From the NCBI GenBank assembly GCA_950097015.1, contig CATNEN010000039.1, forward strand, positions 10,044,001 to 10,108,000: a stretch of 64,000 bases of DNA. Direction: 5' to 3'. The stretch is from Macrostomum hystrix. Lineage: Eukaryota; Animalia; Platyhelminthes. Positions 33,730 through 46,729 of this stretch are shown here, piece after piece. The notes under the pieces are model-generated. The model was given only the letters and a program-made list of their open reading frames with translations, searched no databases and was not told the origin of the DNA. The translations under genes were made by a program, and so were the position numbers. How positions within the stretch are numbered: the first letter of the stretch is position 1; every line of letters starts with the position of its first letter.

Positions 33730-36700
33730 ATGAAGCTTATTGTTTTGCTTTGTGCTACAGTCTTTCTAAATTATGGTTTATCCAATAACTACTATGTACA
33801 TGCCCTTTATGAAGATGAAATTAGAAAGCATGATTGGTAAGCTGCCTTTTAGAAAAAATTATTGGAAAATTTTATAGCTTTTAACTTATAAAGTAAATAT
33901 ATGTACTTTTACATATTTTTAAACTATACTTTAACACTATTTTTCTTACTTCTTGACTTAGGCCTCACACTGACACCAAAATCAGGAAGTTGGCAGTGTA
34001 TCACAGAATAAATTTTGAACACCAAAAGCATTATGTGCAGTGCATCAACACTAAAACCACTTTGTGCACTGTGGAAAAATCAAGACTGTTTTACAGTACT
34101 TATCATTTGACATTGACATGTTATGTGCCATAGCCATAGGCCTATTCCAGATTATGGCATGGCATGGCAGGCCAAACTAAAATTTTTATTTTTTCAATTG
34201 TATGCCAAGAACTACTCATTGTATGCCAACTACCCCTTTTAACTTTAAGTTTTGAACTATCTGTAAACAATTGTAACTTTTTGCATTCTTTTCTGAAACT
34301 TTTTGGTCTAGACATTTTCAATTTTCAACCAGTTTCAACATACGAGAGATACATATTTGATACTTTGCATGCATTCTTGACAAACAGTCAATCATTTTAA
34401 ACTATTTCCAATAAATTCCATCAAGTTGGGCTTCAGTTTTCAACCAACTGCTACATACTATTATTCAGATTTGACACTTTGAAATCATTTGTAATAAACT
34501 GTAAAATAGTTTTAGCAATTTTAAACCAACTCTATCAAGTTTGGTGGAAAAATTCTGCACCTTATTGATTATCTGCTTAAAAGTTCTATTCCATTATTTC
34601 AATTCTGACACTTTTCAATCAAATTAGACTATTAGGCCAAATTGATAGAGTTGGGGCTTAATCGTTGGAGTGATTTAGATAACATGATGTAATGTAATTA
34701 CATGATGTAATTAACTACTGTTGGGTAGCACTCAATAGGTAGGAAAATCAATCAACAATTTGCCACAAGTACAAACCTGCAAGCCTATGGTATGTAACAT
34801 AGACAAATACTTTACAATTATAGAGATAAGAAGGATTAGAGGGAAGGTTGTTAATATATTGGTTAATAAAATCAAAGCAGAAAGGCACAGATACATGAAC
34901 AAACTAAATATAAGTATATCCATGTAGCAGATATGTACCCGTATATGCACAGTATGTAGGATCTTTCACCAACTTTTGGCCTTCTCATTCTTGAAGATAT
35001 TCTATATGATAGCACACAATAATGCTAGTGTGAGTGACAAAGATTTTCAATGACTTATTCATGCCCATGCAAATGGCAATGAATAAGTGCAGCTTGCATA
35101 TACCTTCAAGACCTTTGAGAGTTGTCCCAAACTTGTCCCAGAAGCCTGACTTTATAGAATTGATTAGAAATAGTTTAAAATGATAATTGTTTGTCAAAAA
35201 ATGTATACAAAGTGTCAAATTGCAATCAGTGTGTCATAACTGGTTGAAAATTGAAGATTTCCAGACCAAAAAGTTTTAGGAAAGGATGCAAAAAGTTAAA
35301 ATTGTTTGTAGCTATTATAGTTCAAAACTCAAACTGAAAAGGTGTAGTGTTCTGCTGCTATTGATTTCAGGGACTTTAGCCATAACCATAACAAATATTT
35401 TGGCCACCTAAATGTAGCCCCATTTCCCCACATATCATAGTCAAAATATCCATAATCTTTATTTTCCTATTACTATAGCCATAATAATATAACAACAATT
35501 GAAATAAGCAGCTAATTAAGGAAGAGAACTACAAAAAGCTATCTAAAAAGTGAAATTTATGTCTAGGGAATATATATATAAAAGAGTTTGTAAAAAGGAC
35601 GTTTCTGGGTTATTCAATATTTATTGAGGCAGTGAATAATTAGGACACTTTCTCATTTTGAATTCCCGCCACTTTTTCTCACGCGCTAGCTATTTGTCGT
35701 AACCTCACGCAGTGCTCTTTGTTTGTTGTATGCGCACTCAAGTGGGACATGTACCCACCGCAATTTTGGTATATATATACAGAGAATATAATGCAATCTT
35801 TACCTGTTTGACCTGATTTACATTATATACGTTCTCAATGTTTTGCTCTACGTTCGATACAACCTATACAATATATAAGCTATTCCACTTCCTACCTCTT
35901 TTCCTGTTTCGCTAAAATGGGAGAGGATTTCCCTAATCCTCTCCCATTGATCTCTCATCAGCCTTCTTCACCCAAATCCACCCTATTATATGACCCCTTT
36001 GAAACCCCAATATACCGCCCTAAAATCCCTCTAAAAGTCCACCTAAGGTTCCCTAAATACCCCCCTGAAGTCCCAAAACTCCGCCTTTATCCCCCTAATG
36101 AAACTGTGCTAATTCCGGACCCCATAGAGGAAAGTGAGTGAGAGTGCAAAGGATGTACACCAGGCAACTTCGATCCATCCTGATACACCCTATGGACAGT
36201 GTGCCCCAGATCAGTGACCTTAGCCCTCGTGCCAGCAGCAGTCGATTCTTCTTCCATTGGTAGTAGCTAGTGTCTTGCCACTTGGGCATTAGTGCTACCT
36301 TTGGTATAACCCAAACAGCATGGAAAATACCTATTCTCACCCTCATAACTTACACTACCACCCCCCCCAAATACTCAGCTCACCAATCCCAAATCCAAAA
36401 AATAGAGAGAGAGCTGAGAGGTCAGCTACATTATTAAAGAATTTATTTTGTGCAACTTTCTTTCAACAAAGAACCATAGGATAGTAATGCATTTTAACAC
36501 ATATAACATAGAAAATGATAAATCAAGTTACACTGTAATGCTTTAACCATACATAACTTGCCCTCTCAGGCACTTTGAGTTAATAAGATTAACCTAACCA
36601 CAATTGTCATGCAAGCATCAATTAAAGAAATTATACATTTGGTGCTTGTAAAACAACACAATACTAACAATTGCTATATTGTCTACAGCAGCACATAATG

Positions 36701-39700
36701 TGTAGACTTTCAGAATACTTTTGAAACCTCTTTTGGTTTTGCCTTTTTTAAAGCAACTCATTTTTTAGAAAATTTTCACTTTTAATTCTGAATTCTTGAA
36801 TTCTGTAGCTTCACTATGTGTAGCTACATAGTATTACTTAATAATCGAAGATGCAATGGTTTGAGCAATTGAGTAATGTGGAGTTTGCACTCTCATTCTA
36901 CAGCTTCTTTTGATATGTACCAAAACTGTAGCATTCCCTTGCAAATACATGGAACCAACAATGCATCGTTCTATTTCTATTCTACCACCGGGAAAAGTTT
37001 CTTTGGCACTGATGTTTCAATACAAAAATATTTCAAAACCTACTATAATGTCTTTTGATTAATTATAATTATGGTAATTTACCAATACAGGATGCGTCAG
37101 TTTGTTGGCCGAGTGAAGCATTTGGAATTCGATTTGCCAATTAGCCAGCAGCATCGCAATCAGCAGCAGCAATCTGGCTCATCTCGCCGCTTGTTTGTAG
37201 CCACTGATCACAATGTGCTAGCGGCTATTGGACTAAAGTCTAGTCGCATTGTTTGGCGACATTTTCTGGAAGATGCACCTATTAATGGCATCCGACTCTG
37301 CAATGGAGGTGTGTCTGCAATTTCATTTTTCTGCTCTTTTGTTCATTTTCCTACCCTTCAGAATCAGGGGGCTTATTGTCTACCCCTTCCTCCTACCCTT
37401 CAGAATCAGGGGGCTTATTGTCTACCCCTTCCTCCTACCCTTCAGAATCAGGGGGCTTATTGTCTACCCCTTCCACCTACCCTTCAGAATCAGGGGGCTT
37501 ATTGTCTACCCCTTCCTTCTACCCTTCAGAATCAGGGGGCTTATTGTCTACCCCTTCCTCCTACCCCTCAGAATCAGGGGGCTCATTGTCTACCCCTTCC
37601 TCCTACCCTTCAGAATCAGGGGGCTTATTGTCTACCCCTTCCTCCTACCCTTCAGAATCAGGGGGCTTATTGTCTACCCCTTCCTCCTACCCTTCAGAAT
37701 CAGGGGGCTTATTGTCTACCCCTTCCTCCTACCCTTCAGAATCAGGGGGCTTATTGTCTACCCCTTCCTCCTACCCCTCAGAATCAGGGGGCTTATTGTC
37801 TACCCCTTCCTCCTACCCTTCAGAATCAGGGGGCTTATTGTCTACCCCTTCCTCCTACCCTTCATGGGAAGGCTTGTTCTATCCCTTCCTCCTACCCTTC
37901 AGAGAGCGCATCTCTTGCCCTTCATCATATTCATAAAAATGGCCTCTTCTTGGCCTTGTCTCCTGTCTTCTTGGTAATTGTTAATTCAGTTGATTACGTA
38001 ATACATTATTCCTCCGATTAATACCGCAACTGTGTGCCATCATCTGCAGCGCTATTCTCAATGTCCAACGGATTCCTTCGGTCATGGAACACCAACCTGG
38101 GCAACTTGGAGTACGAAATTTCTGTACAGGAAGAGGCCGAGGGCAAGTTTGCGTGAGTCGACTCGTCTTTTGCTATCAATTTGATCCAACTATGAGATGG
38201 TCTTTTCTATGATAATCTGGTCAATTTATTCTTTGCAATCTGATTATCTCTACCGTGAGATTCTGATAATTTTTTTCGTGAGATTCTGATAATATCTTCC
38301 GTGAGACTGTGATAATCCTATGAGATTCTGACAATCCTATGAGATTCTGATAATCCTATGAGATTCTGATGGATTATATGAGATTCTGATAATCCTATGA
38401 GATTGTGATGGATTATATGAGATTCTGATAATCCTATGAGATTCTGATGGATTATATGAGATTCTGATAATCCTATGAGATTCTGATAATCCAATGAGAT
38501 TCTGATATTCCAATGAGTTTCTGAAACTCCTATGGGATTCCGATAATCCCATCTACAAGTTTCTGATAATCCATTCGCTCCAACTCTGCAACACAGCGGC
38601 TCGCTGGCCTGTCACGAGGATCCAGACGAATACCGGTCGACTGTGTTCGCTAGCTCGCCGCACAGGCTGGTGGCTGTGACGCCACAGACCGGTTTTGTTG
38701 AATGGTCGGCCAGACTGGATGGCAACGGGTAAGCAACTTGAATTTAAATATTTTATTGCCTATTTTATATGGAATTCTTCGTCTTAAAGTTTCTTGTTCA
38801 GCATCAGCAACCAAAGAAACTGCCCACCCCAGCTCCGAAGTGACGTCATTTCCCAACGCCGACGGCCTCACCGTGGTGACTTTCGACCCTTCGATCGCGC
38901 CAGCCAATAGGAAACTGCGAGTGCACCGATTCGGCGTCGAGAGCGCGGTTGCTAAGCGGAGCGCGGCTGTTCCGGCTGGCTGGCTGGCCTCGTTAGAGCG
39001 GTGAGTGTCTCGCCTGTTTCATATTGCGCATTCATTTGCCATTAGGGTTTCATATGCTATTCTGTCTACTATGAGTAGCTAAATGGCAAATTTGTTAATT
39101 TCTAGTTGCGCCATTTCGGTCGGCACCCTGGCCTGCCTGGACGAGACTGGCTCTGTTAGACTGCTGTCTCTAGCGTCTGGTACCGAGTTCACGCAGGTGA
39201 GATAATAACTGAAGCCTAGCTGCAACTGCAGGCTTAATGGCACATCATTTGGTGGCAAGACATCCACAAGGGCGTAAATTGCACGAAAATTGCCTCCAAG
39301 CCTTCTCTCCGCGGCTGCGCCCTAAATAAATGTGCATGGCCTCGCCGCGGAATCGAGCTCAGGGGCCTTGGTGCGAGAGCCAAGGCTTGGAGGCAATTTT
39401 CGTGCAATTTACACCCTTGAGGGCCAACCTCCAAGGCACAGTGAGAGTGTACACTGTCGGACGATTACAAAGTCAGGGCAGATGAACACACCTGTGTGAG
39501 CGTATGCCTTCGTATGGTATCTATGTGCGTGTGTGCTCAGGAGTCAGCAAAAGGGGCAAAATTGCCTCGTCGCTGGCTGCGGGTCTAGGGTTACCAAATG
39601 ATGCGCCACTGCCTGCAACCCCTCAGCAATTACTCGTATTATTATTATTATTTATTAGTAACCGTTTTGATCATTAAGTTAACTACAGCAATCGAATCTG

Positions 39701-42700
39701 TTTTGTTAACATCAGCCTCCAGCGAGCCTGTCCAAGCAGCTGGGACAATCGGGTCCCTGGCAGAGCATTGTCGAGATTGGCTTCCCGGACTCATATCAAC
39801 TTACCTCGCTCTCCGGCGCCGTTGCCATGCTAAACGCTTCCCTAGCAACAGCTGGCGAGCCTCTTCCGGCCGGCTCCCTGCTGCGCTACCGCGGCAAGAT
39901 TAGATTCCTGCTCAGCCCGAGCTCAAGCGTCGGCGCCGTCTCTTTGGAGACTAGCTCGGAGCCGGTCTCGAGTTCGAATCGGGTCAGCCTGAGCCTGGCT
40001 ACTCATCACGGCAAAGTTGCCAGCTTCTATCCGGTCACCTTCGCTAAGCGGGGCGGCGGCGGCTACGGCTATCGCGTTGTCTTGGCAACCAGAGACGCCG
40101 ATTTGCACGCCTTCGACGACACCGGCGAGCGGCAGTGGCTGCGCGAGGAGTCCTTAGCCGGTATCGTCTCCGTGGAGGCTGTGGACCTTCCGGCTGCTGA
40201 TCAGGTGCGTGATTTGGCTGTGCACCTGGCTTGATGGGATATTTTTATAAATTGAGATTTATTGAAATCCCCCATAGATTTTTATGGGAGAGATTTCCAT
40301 TCTAGATTTTTGTGAGATTCCTTAAGTAGATATATATATTGTAGACTTTTGGTGAGATTACCATTGTATTTTTTCGTATGTGTCAAAGTTCCATAGTAGA
40401 TTTTGTGAGTTAGGTTTCCATATTAGATTTTGTGAGTGAGATTTCTATAGTGGACTTTTGTGAGTGAGATTTCCATAGTAGATTTTGTGGGTGAGATTTC
40501 CATAATGGACTTTTGTGAGTGAGATTTCCATAGTAGACTTTGTGAGGTACGTTTCCATAGTAGATTTTGTGAGTGAGATTTCCATAGTAGACATTTGTGA
40601 GTAAGATTTTCATTGTAGATTTTTGTGAGTGAGATTTCCATAGTAGATTTTGTGGGTGAGATTTCCATAATGGACTTTTGTGAGTGAGATTTTCATAGTA
40701 GATTTTTGTGAGTGAGATTTCCATAGTGGACTTTTGTGAGTGAGATTTCCATAGTGGACTTTTGTGAGTGAGATTTCCATAGTGGACTTTTGTGAGTGAG
40801 ATTTCCATAGTAGATTTTGCGAGTGAGATTTCCATAGTAGACTTTGTGAGTGAGGTTTCCATAGTAGATTTTGTGAGTGAGATTTCCATAGTGGACTTTG
40901 TGAGGTACGTTTCCATAGTAGATTTTGTGAGTGAGATTTCCATAGTAGACATTTGTGAGTAAGATTTTCATTGTAGATTTTTGTGAGTGAGATTTCCATA
41001 GTAGATTTTGTGGGTGAGATTTCCATAATGGACTTTTGTGAGTGAGATTTCCATAGTAGACTTTGTGAGGTACGTTTCCATAGTAGATTTTGTGAGTGAG
41101 ATTTCCATAGTAGACATTTGTGAGTAAGATTTTCATTGTAGATTTTTGTGAGTGAGATTTCCATAGTGGACTTTTGTGAGTGAGATTTCCATAGTGGACT
41201 TTTGTGAGTGAGATTTCCATAGTAGATTTTGTGAGTGAGATTTCCATAGTAGACTTTGTGAGTGAGGTTTCCATAGTAGATTTTGTGAGTGAGATTTCCA
41301 TAGTGGACTTTTGTGAGTGAGATTTCTATAGTAGATTTCGTGAGTGAGATTTCCATAGTAGACTTTGTGATTGTGAGTGAGGTTTCCATAGTAGATTTTG
41401 TGAGTGAGGTTTCCATAGTAGACTTTGTGAGTGAGATTTCCATAGTAGACATTTGTGAGTGAGATTTCCATAGTAGATTTTGTGAGTGAGATTTCCATAG
41501 TGGACTTTTGTGAGTGAGATTTCCATAGTGGACTTTTGTGAGTGCACCTCACCCACAAGTGAGATTTCCTAAGCAGATTTTTTTCAACGCGATTTCCAAA
41601 CTTGTTCAGGACGAGCTGGTGACCCCTGGCGGCAGCGTGCTGTCCAGCTTCGCCCAGCGACTGTCTGGCCAGGTGCACCACCTGCTCCACGTGCTGCAGC
41701 ACCTGCTGTTGTCTTGGCGCTCAACTCCCAGTCATCATCCAGATGCTGCTGGCGAGTTCGGCTACCCGGAGGAGTCTTCGTCGGCGTCTTCCTCGGCGTC
41801 CGACTCCGACAGCTCCGATCACGCCGGCGACAACGCCGCCGCCTCTGCCGTCTTCCTGACCCGCGACGAATTCAACCTGCGCAAACTGCTGGTGGTGGCC
41901 ACTCGGGACGGCAAACTGGCCGGCTTGGACTCGGCCACGGGCCGCTCGGTTTGGCGACTCCTCATTCCACCGCCTGCGGACGGCGGCCCGACCAGCGTCG
42001 GTGCGTTTACGATAATATATTGAATTGGGTTTATTAAATTTTAATTGCATATTTCTAACTGAGCTGTCTAAATATCCCTTATTAATCTACCTGCCTATCT
42101 CTAATTGAGATATTAACCTTACCTTATTATAGAATAAGAATAAGAATACCTTAAAGTCTCTCATTGAGCTACCTCAATATGCGTAATTGAGCTACCTAAT
42201 TATCCCTAATTGAGCTACCTGAATGTCCCTAATTAAGCTACCTGAATATCCCTAATTAAGCTACCTGAATATCCCTAATCAAGCTAACTGAATATCCCTA
42301 ATTAAGCTACCTGAATATCACTAATTGAGCTACCTGAATATCCCTAATTAAGCTACCTGAATATCACTAATTGAGCTACCTGAATATCACTAATTGAGCT
42401 ACCTGAATATCACTAATTTAGCTACCTGAATATCCCTAATTGAGCTACCTGAATATCCCTAATTGAGCTACCTGAATGTCCCTAATTGAGCTACCTGAAT
42501 ATCCCTAATTAAGCTACCTGAATATCCCTAATTAAGCTACCTGAATATCCCTAATTAAGCTACCTGAATGTCCCTAATTGAGCTACCTGAATATCCCTAA
42601 TTCAGCTCCCTCAATCCTGATTCTAATTCAGTCCCTAAAAAAACGAATATTCCCTTCTCTCCAGCCGCCGCCGCCATCGAGCCGTTGTCCCGGGGTCAGA

Positions 42701-45377
42701 TGCCGCTGTACATCCAGCGCACCACCGCCCACTTCCCACTGGAGCCGCTGGGCACCGTGCTGTGCAGGGACTCAGCCACCGGCCTGCCTGTGCTGTTCTC
42801 ATTCAACCCCATCTCTGGCGCTGCCAACGGCCCCTCGCAGCGACTGCCGTCTCGCCTGCTGCAGGCTCTACTGGTTCCGCATCCTAGTCACGACGATGGC
42901 CAGTACATTAGGCCTCTGATGCTGCTAGCTGACACGCTGCAAGTCACCATCTATCCGCCTCGGACTTCGCTGCCGCACGGCTTCCGTTCGCTGAATGTGT
43001 ACACCATCGACAGCGACAATCGCCTGCTGCAGGTACGGAAAAACTAATTTTAATCGTGTCACAGCTTTGTATAACTAAAAAATCCCTTCAAAAAGAGCCA
43101 TTTTTTATCATACATTTTCCAGTTGGTCCAATCCCACAACCCGGGCATTATTTCCTATCCCACAGCTGGCCATTATTCGCTATCCCACACCTGGCCATTT
43201 TCCCCATGCCACACCTGGCCATTATTCCCCATGCCACACCTGGCCATTTTCCCCATGCCACACCTGTCCCATCCTTCATCTCACATCCGCAGGGCTATCG
43301 CATTCGCCTATCTGAGCCGCTGCAGCAACACCTGTCTGCCATTTCAACTTGGCGCCTAGCTCTTCACGAACCAATACTGGCCACAGCGGCCAGACGGCCC
43401 ACCGAGCAGGTGCACTCTGTTGGACGCGTCCTTGGCAACCGGCATGTTCTGTACAAATATTTGAATCCGAATCTGCTGGCTATCGCCACCCAGGCCAAGG
43501 ATATGGTGACGCCTGCGCCGCAGATCGGGGACGCCTTCACCCAGGTTCGAAATGAAGATAGAATAGTATTCCTTGCCGATAGAATCGGCGAGTAGTATCA
43601 TAGAATCGGCAAGTAGTGTCATAGAATCAGCAAGTAGTATCATAAAATCTGCGAGTAGTATGATAGAATCAGCGAGTAGTATGATAGAATCAGCGAGTAG
43701 TATGATAGAATCAGCGAGTAGTATGATAGAATCAGCGAGTAGTATGAAAGAATCAGCGAGTAGTATGATATAATCAGCGAGTAGTATGATAGAATCAGCG
43801 AGTAGTATGATGGAATCAGCGAGTAGTATGATAGAATCAGCGAGTAGTATCATAGGATCAACGAGTAGTATCATAAAATCAATGTGTAGTATCATAGAAT
43901 CAGCGAGTAGTATGATAGAATCAACGAGTAGTATGATAGAATCAGCGAGTAGTATGATAGAATCAGCGAGTAGTATGATAGAATCAACGAGTAGTATGAT
44001 AGAATCAGCGAGTAGTATCATAGGATCAACGAGTAGTATCATAAAATCAATGTGTAGTATCATAGAATCAGCGAGTAGTATGATAGTATCAGCGACTAGT
44101 ATCATAAATAACCTAAAATCAACGAGTAGTATTATGCAATCAATAAGCAGTATCGAGAAGTCTACAATTGATGCAATCAGCGTGATGATTATGCAATCAG
44201 CGAGTAGTTTCTTAGAATCAGAAAATTGTGTCATGAAATCGGAAAGTAGAATCTGTGAGTAGTATGTTAGAATCTACCTGTCAAATTATAAAATCGGTAA
44301 GTAGTATGATAAGAGTCAGCCAGTAGTATGACAGAATCAACGAGTAGTATGTTAGAATCGGAAAGTAGCATAATAGAATCAACGAGTAGCATCTTATAAT
44401 TTGCTCCACAGATAACAGTGTGGCTAGTAGACACAGTGTCTGGTCGCGTTGTGGCGTCGGCCACTCACCAGCACAGCTCCGGGCCAATCAGCCTTGTGCA
44501 CAGTGAGCACTGGTTGGTGTACTCTCTGTGGAATCAGAAGCAGCGCAGATTTCAGCTGTCCGTCTGGGAACTGTTCGCCGGCGGCGGACTCAAAGAGTGC
44601 ATGAATGCAACTAGGCCGGTGGTCGGCCGCCAGTCCTACATCTTGCCTGCGCCTGTGCAGCATCTGGCAGTAAGCCAGACTGAGCGAGGCATCACGGCCA
44701 AATCTGTGCTGCTTGCTCTGCGCTCCGGAGGCATCATGGAGCTTAACAAGGTTGGTATAATTGAGTGGGGTGGGTGTCAAGAGTCAAGAGCGAGTTGGGT
44801 TTCTGGGTGGGTGTCTGGAGTGAGGTGGGTGTCAGGAGTGAGGTGGGTGTCGGGAGTGAGGTGGGAGTCGGGAGTGAGGTGGGTGTCTTAGCGAGTGCTC
44901 AGAGTCTGGTTTGAATTGATTCTCAGTTAAGGTTGTTACCGAGTTATGGGCTTCAGGAAAATGTCAGGTGCGCTAAATGTTTATTTTTATTTGACTGATA
45001 GTATCTGTTTCTACCCTCAGGCCTTCCTAGATCCACGCCGGCCATTTGACATGACGCCGGAGTTCCAGGAGGAGGGCCTGGTTCCCTACCACCCGGAGGT
45101 GCCAATGTCTACACAGTCCATCGTGAATTACAACCAAAGCCTGCACCGGGTTGAGGGCATGGTCACAGTGCCCACTGGCCTGGAGTCCACCAGCTTGCTG
45201 TTTGTCTATGGCACCGATCTGTTCTGCACTTGGGTTCAACCATCCAAAATGTTCGACGTGTTAAAAACTGATTTTGACTACGCTTTCATTGCCGCGGTAA
45301 CCATTGGCATGATTGTCGGCTCCGTGGTGACGCAGAAGCTGGCCGCCAGGAAGGCTCTGTTCCGCCTCTGGTCTTAG
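33730..45377 (+). CDS. EMC1: ER membrane protein complex subunit 1, 12 coding exons
   Basis: Phase-consistent exons 33730-33836, 37091-37308, 38050-38152, 38597-38728, 38833-39000, 39106-39196, 39716-40204, 41610-42000, 42665-43032, 43293-43544, 44412-44750 and 45021-45377. Motifs: signal peptide plus ALYEDEIRKHDW|MRQFVG, WLREESLA, RDEFNLRKLLVVAT, GRVLGNRHVLYKYLNPNL, LDPRRP, GLESTSL, PSKMFDVL and a C-terminal TM helix. Confidence 0.95.
34228..35349. mobile_element. CACTA-like foldback/MITE with about 200-bp imperfect TIRs in EMC1 intron 1
   Basis: 34228-34435 is the imperfect reverse complement of 35140-35349. The right terminus ...GGTGTAGTG reads CACTACACC on the other strand. Internal sub-repeats of the arm lie at about 34465-34640. 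Confidence 0.65.
37350..37862. repeat. 39-bp minisatellite in EMC1 intron 2
   Basis: (CCTACCCTTCAGAATCAGGGGGCTTATTGTCTACCCCTT..)n, about 13 units, open in all three plus frames. Confidence 0.95.
38255..38570. repeat. About 19-bp degenerate minisatellite in EMC1 intron 3
   Basis: (ATGAGATTCTGATAATCCT)n. Confidence 0.85.
39268..39660 (+). mobile_element. SINE-like family A copy with an inverted 5' part, in EMC1 intron 6
   Basis: 39268-39381 is the reverse complement of the family 5' region, including the tRNA-like GAGCTCGATTCCGCGGCGAGGCCA. 39382-39660 is the forward body ending in (TAT)n. Confidence 0.75.
40380..41540. repeat. 27-28-bp minisatellite in EMC1 intron 7
   Basis: (GTGAGTGAGATTTCCATAGTAGATTTT)n with higher-order blocks. 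Confidence 0.95.
42165..42605. repeat. 22-bp minisatellite in EMC1 intron 8
   Basis: (GAGCTACCTGAATATCCCTAAT..)n. Confidence 0.9.
43575..44390. repeat. 21-bp minisatellite in EMC1 intron 10
   Basis: (ATGATAGAATCAGCGAGTAGT)n, homogeneous in the centre and degenerate at the edges. Confidence 0.9.
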
Positions 45378-45544
45378 GTCAGCGAAATCAGCCTATATGT
45401 ACAAGCCATCGCTTCGCTTTTGGCGAATAGAACTTCTTTATACTTTTTGTCTGGGTTGAGTGTATATGTTAATCAGATAATCAGAAAAATTGTATCTGGG
45501 GTTTAGGACTGACGTAAGTAGCTGCCGTGAGATGGATTTTGGAG

Positions 45545-45995
45545 TGGGGTGGTGTCTAGAGTGGGGTGGGTGTCTAGAATGAGGTGGGTGTCTAGAGTGA
45601 GGTGGGTGTCTAGAATGAGGTGGGTGTCTTGAATGAGGTGGGTGTCTAGAATGAGGTGGGTGTCTAGAATGAGGTGGGTGTCTATAATGAGGTGGGTGTC
45701 TTGAATGAGGTGGGTGTCTATAATGAGGTGGGTGTCTTGAATGAGGTGGGTGTCTATACTGGGGTGGGTGTCTAGAATGAGGTGGGTGTCTAGAGTGAGG
45801 TGGGTGTCTAGAATGAGGTGGGTGTCTAGAATGAGGTGGGTGTCTAGAATAAGGTGGGTGTCTAGAATAAGGTGGGTGTCTAGACTGGGGTGGGTGTCTA
45901 GAATGAGGTGGCTGTCTAGAATAAGGTGGGTGTCTAGACTGCGGTAGGTTTCATGAATGAGGTGGTGTCTAGAGTGAGGTGGGTGTCTAGAGTGA
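45545..45995. repeat. 18-bp minisatellite 3' of EMC1, same family as 44800-44890 in the last intron
   Basis: (GAGGTGGGTGTCTAGAAT)n. Confidence 0.9.
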
Positions 45996-46729
45996 GGTAG
46001 TTGGTTTCTAGAGGGAGGTTTCTGAAGTTTAAAAGTGTACTTTTTAGCTATGGCAATGTGCATTACAAACTCAAAACTTTTAGAAACTTTTTCCTAACGC
46101 CTTGACCACTGATTCATGTTTCCTGAACAACTTGTTTCTGAATTCAACCCACCCACCCACCCCACTCTAGACTTTGTTTTTTTAATTAGCTGGTAAGCTT
46201 TGTTTTACTCATGAAATTCTTGTCATTGCGCAAGGATCTATGTCAATTTTGTTTTGGCTCAGTTAACTGCAAAGCTTGGAGGCAACTTTCCAATACTTTT
46301 GCGGACAGGTTTGTCAAATTTTTGCTACATTTAATTTTTCTTTCGCCATTCATTCTACTTTACCCCCACGATGCTACTGACAGTTAATTTCCAGTAGTAG
46401 TTAGTGTAGAGTGCTCTCTGTTTTATTCCTTGATTGCTGTCGGTTCTCAGTAATTGAAGTCTTTAAATGCATGGCCTTGTCTCTTTGGCTCCGGACAAAT
46501 TCCTTGTCAAATTAAGGCACCGTAACCAACGTTAACTTTTCCGTTGCTATGGTGCTTTTGGCGCGCGGCTTTTTGCAATCCATTCGTAATTTTCTGTTAG
46601 ATTCGCCTTTGGATGTTTGCCCAACTCATGCAGTGCATTATTCTGGTATTGTTGCAAGCACCTGCGCTCTACCTGGCTTTCCGTGTTGCACTTTCCGCCG
46701 CTTGAAAATTTTGCTTCTTCATCTATCAT

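Noticed and set aside
36040-36270. VYQDGSK resembling an RNase H motif on the minus strand
   Set aside because: It is a single short motif in a short frame with no other RNase H or RT features.
37249-38021. Repeat-rich ORFs extending EMC1 exon 2
   Set aside because: Read-through into an intronic 39-bp array. The donor at 37309 gives the correct EMC1 continuation.
40410-44262. Repetitive ORFs (STMEISLTK, IILLADS, IESASSM)
   Set aside because: They are intronic minisatellite translations.
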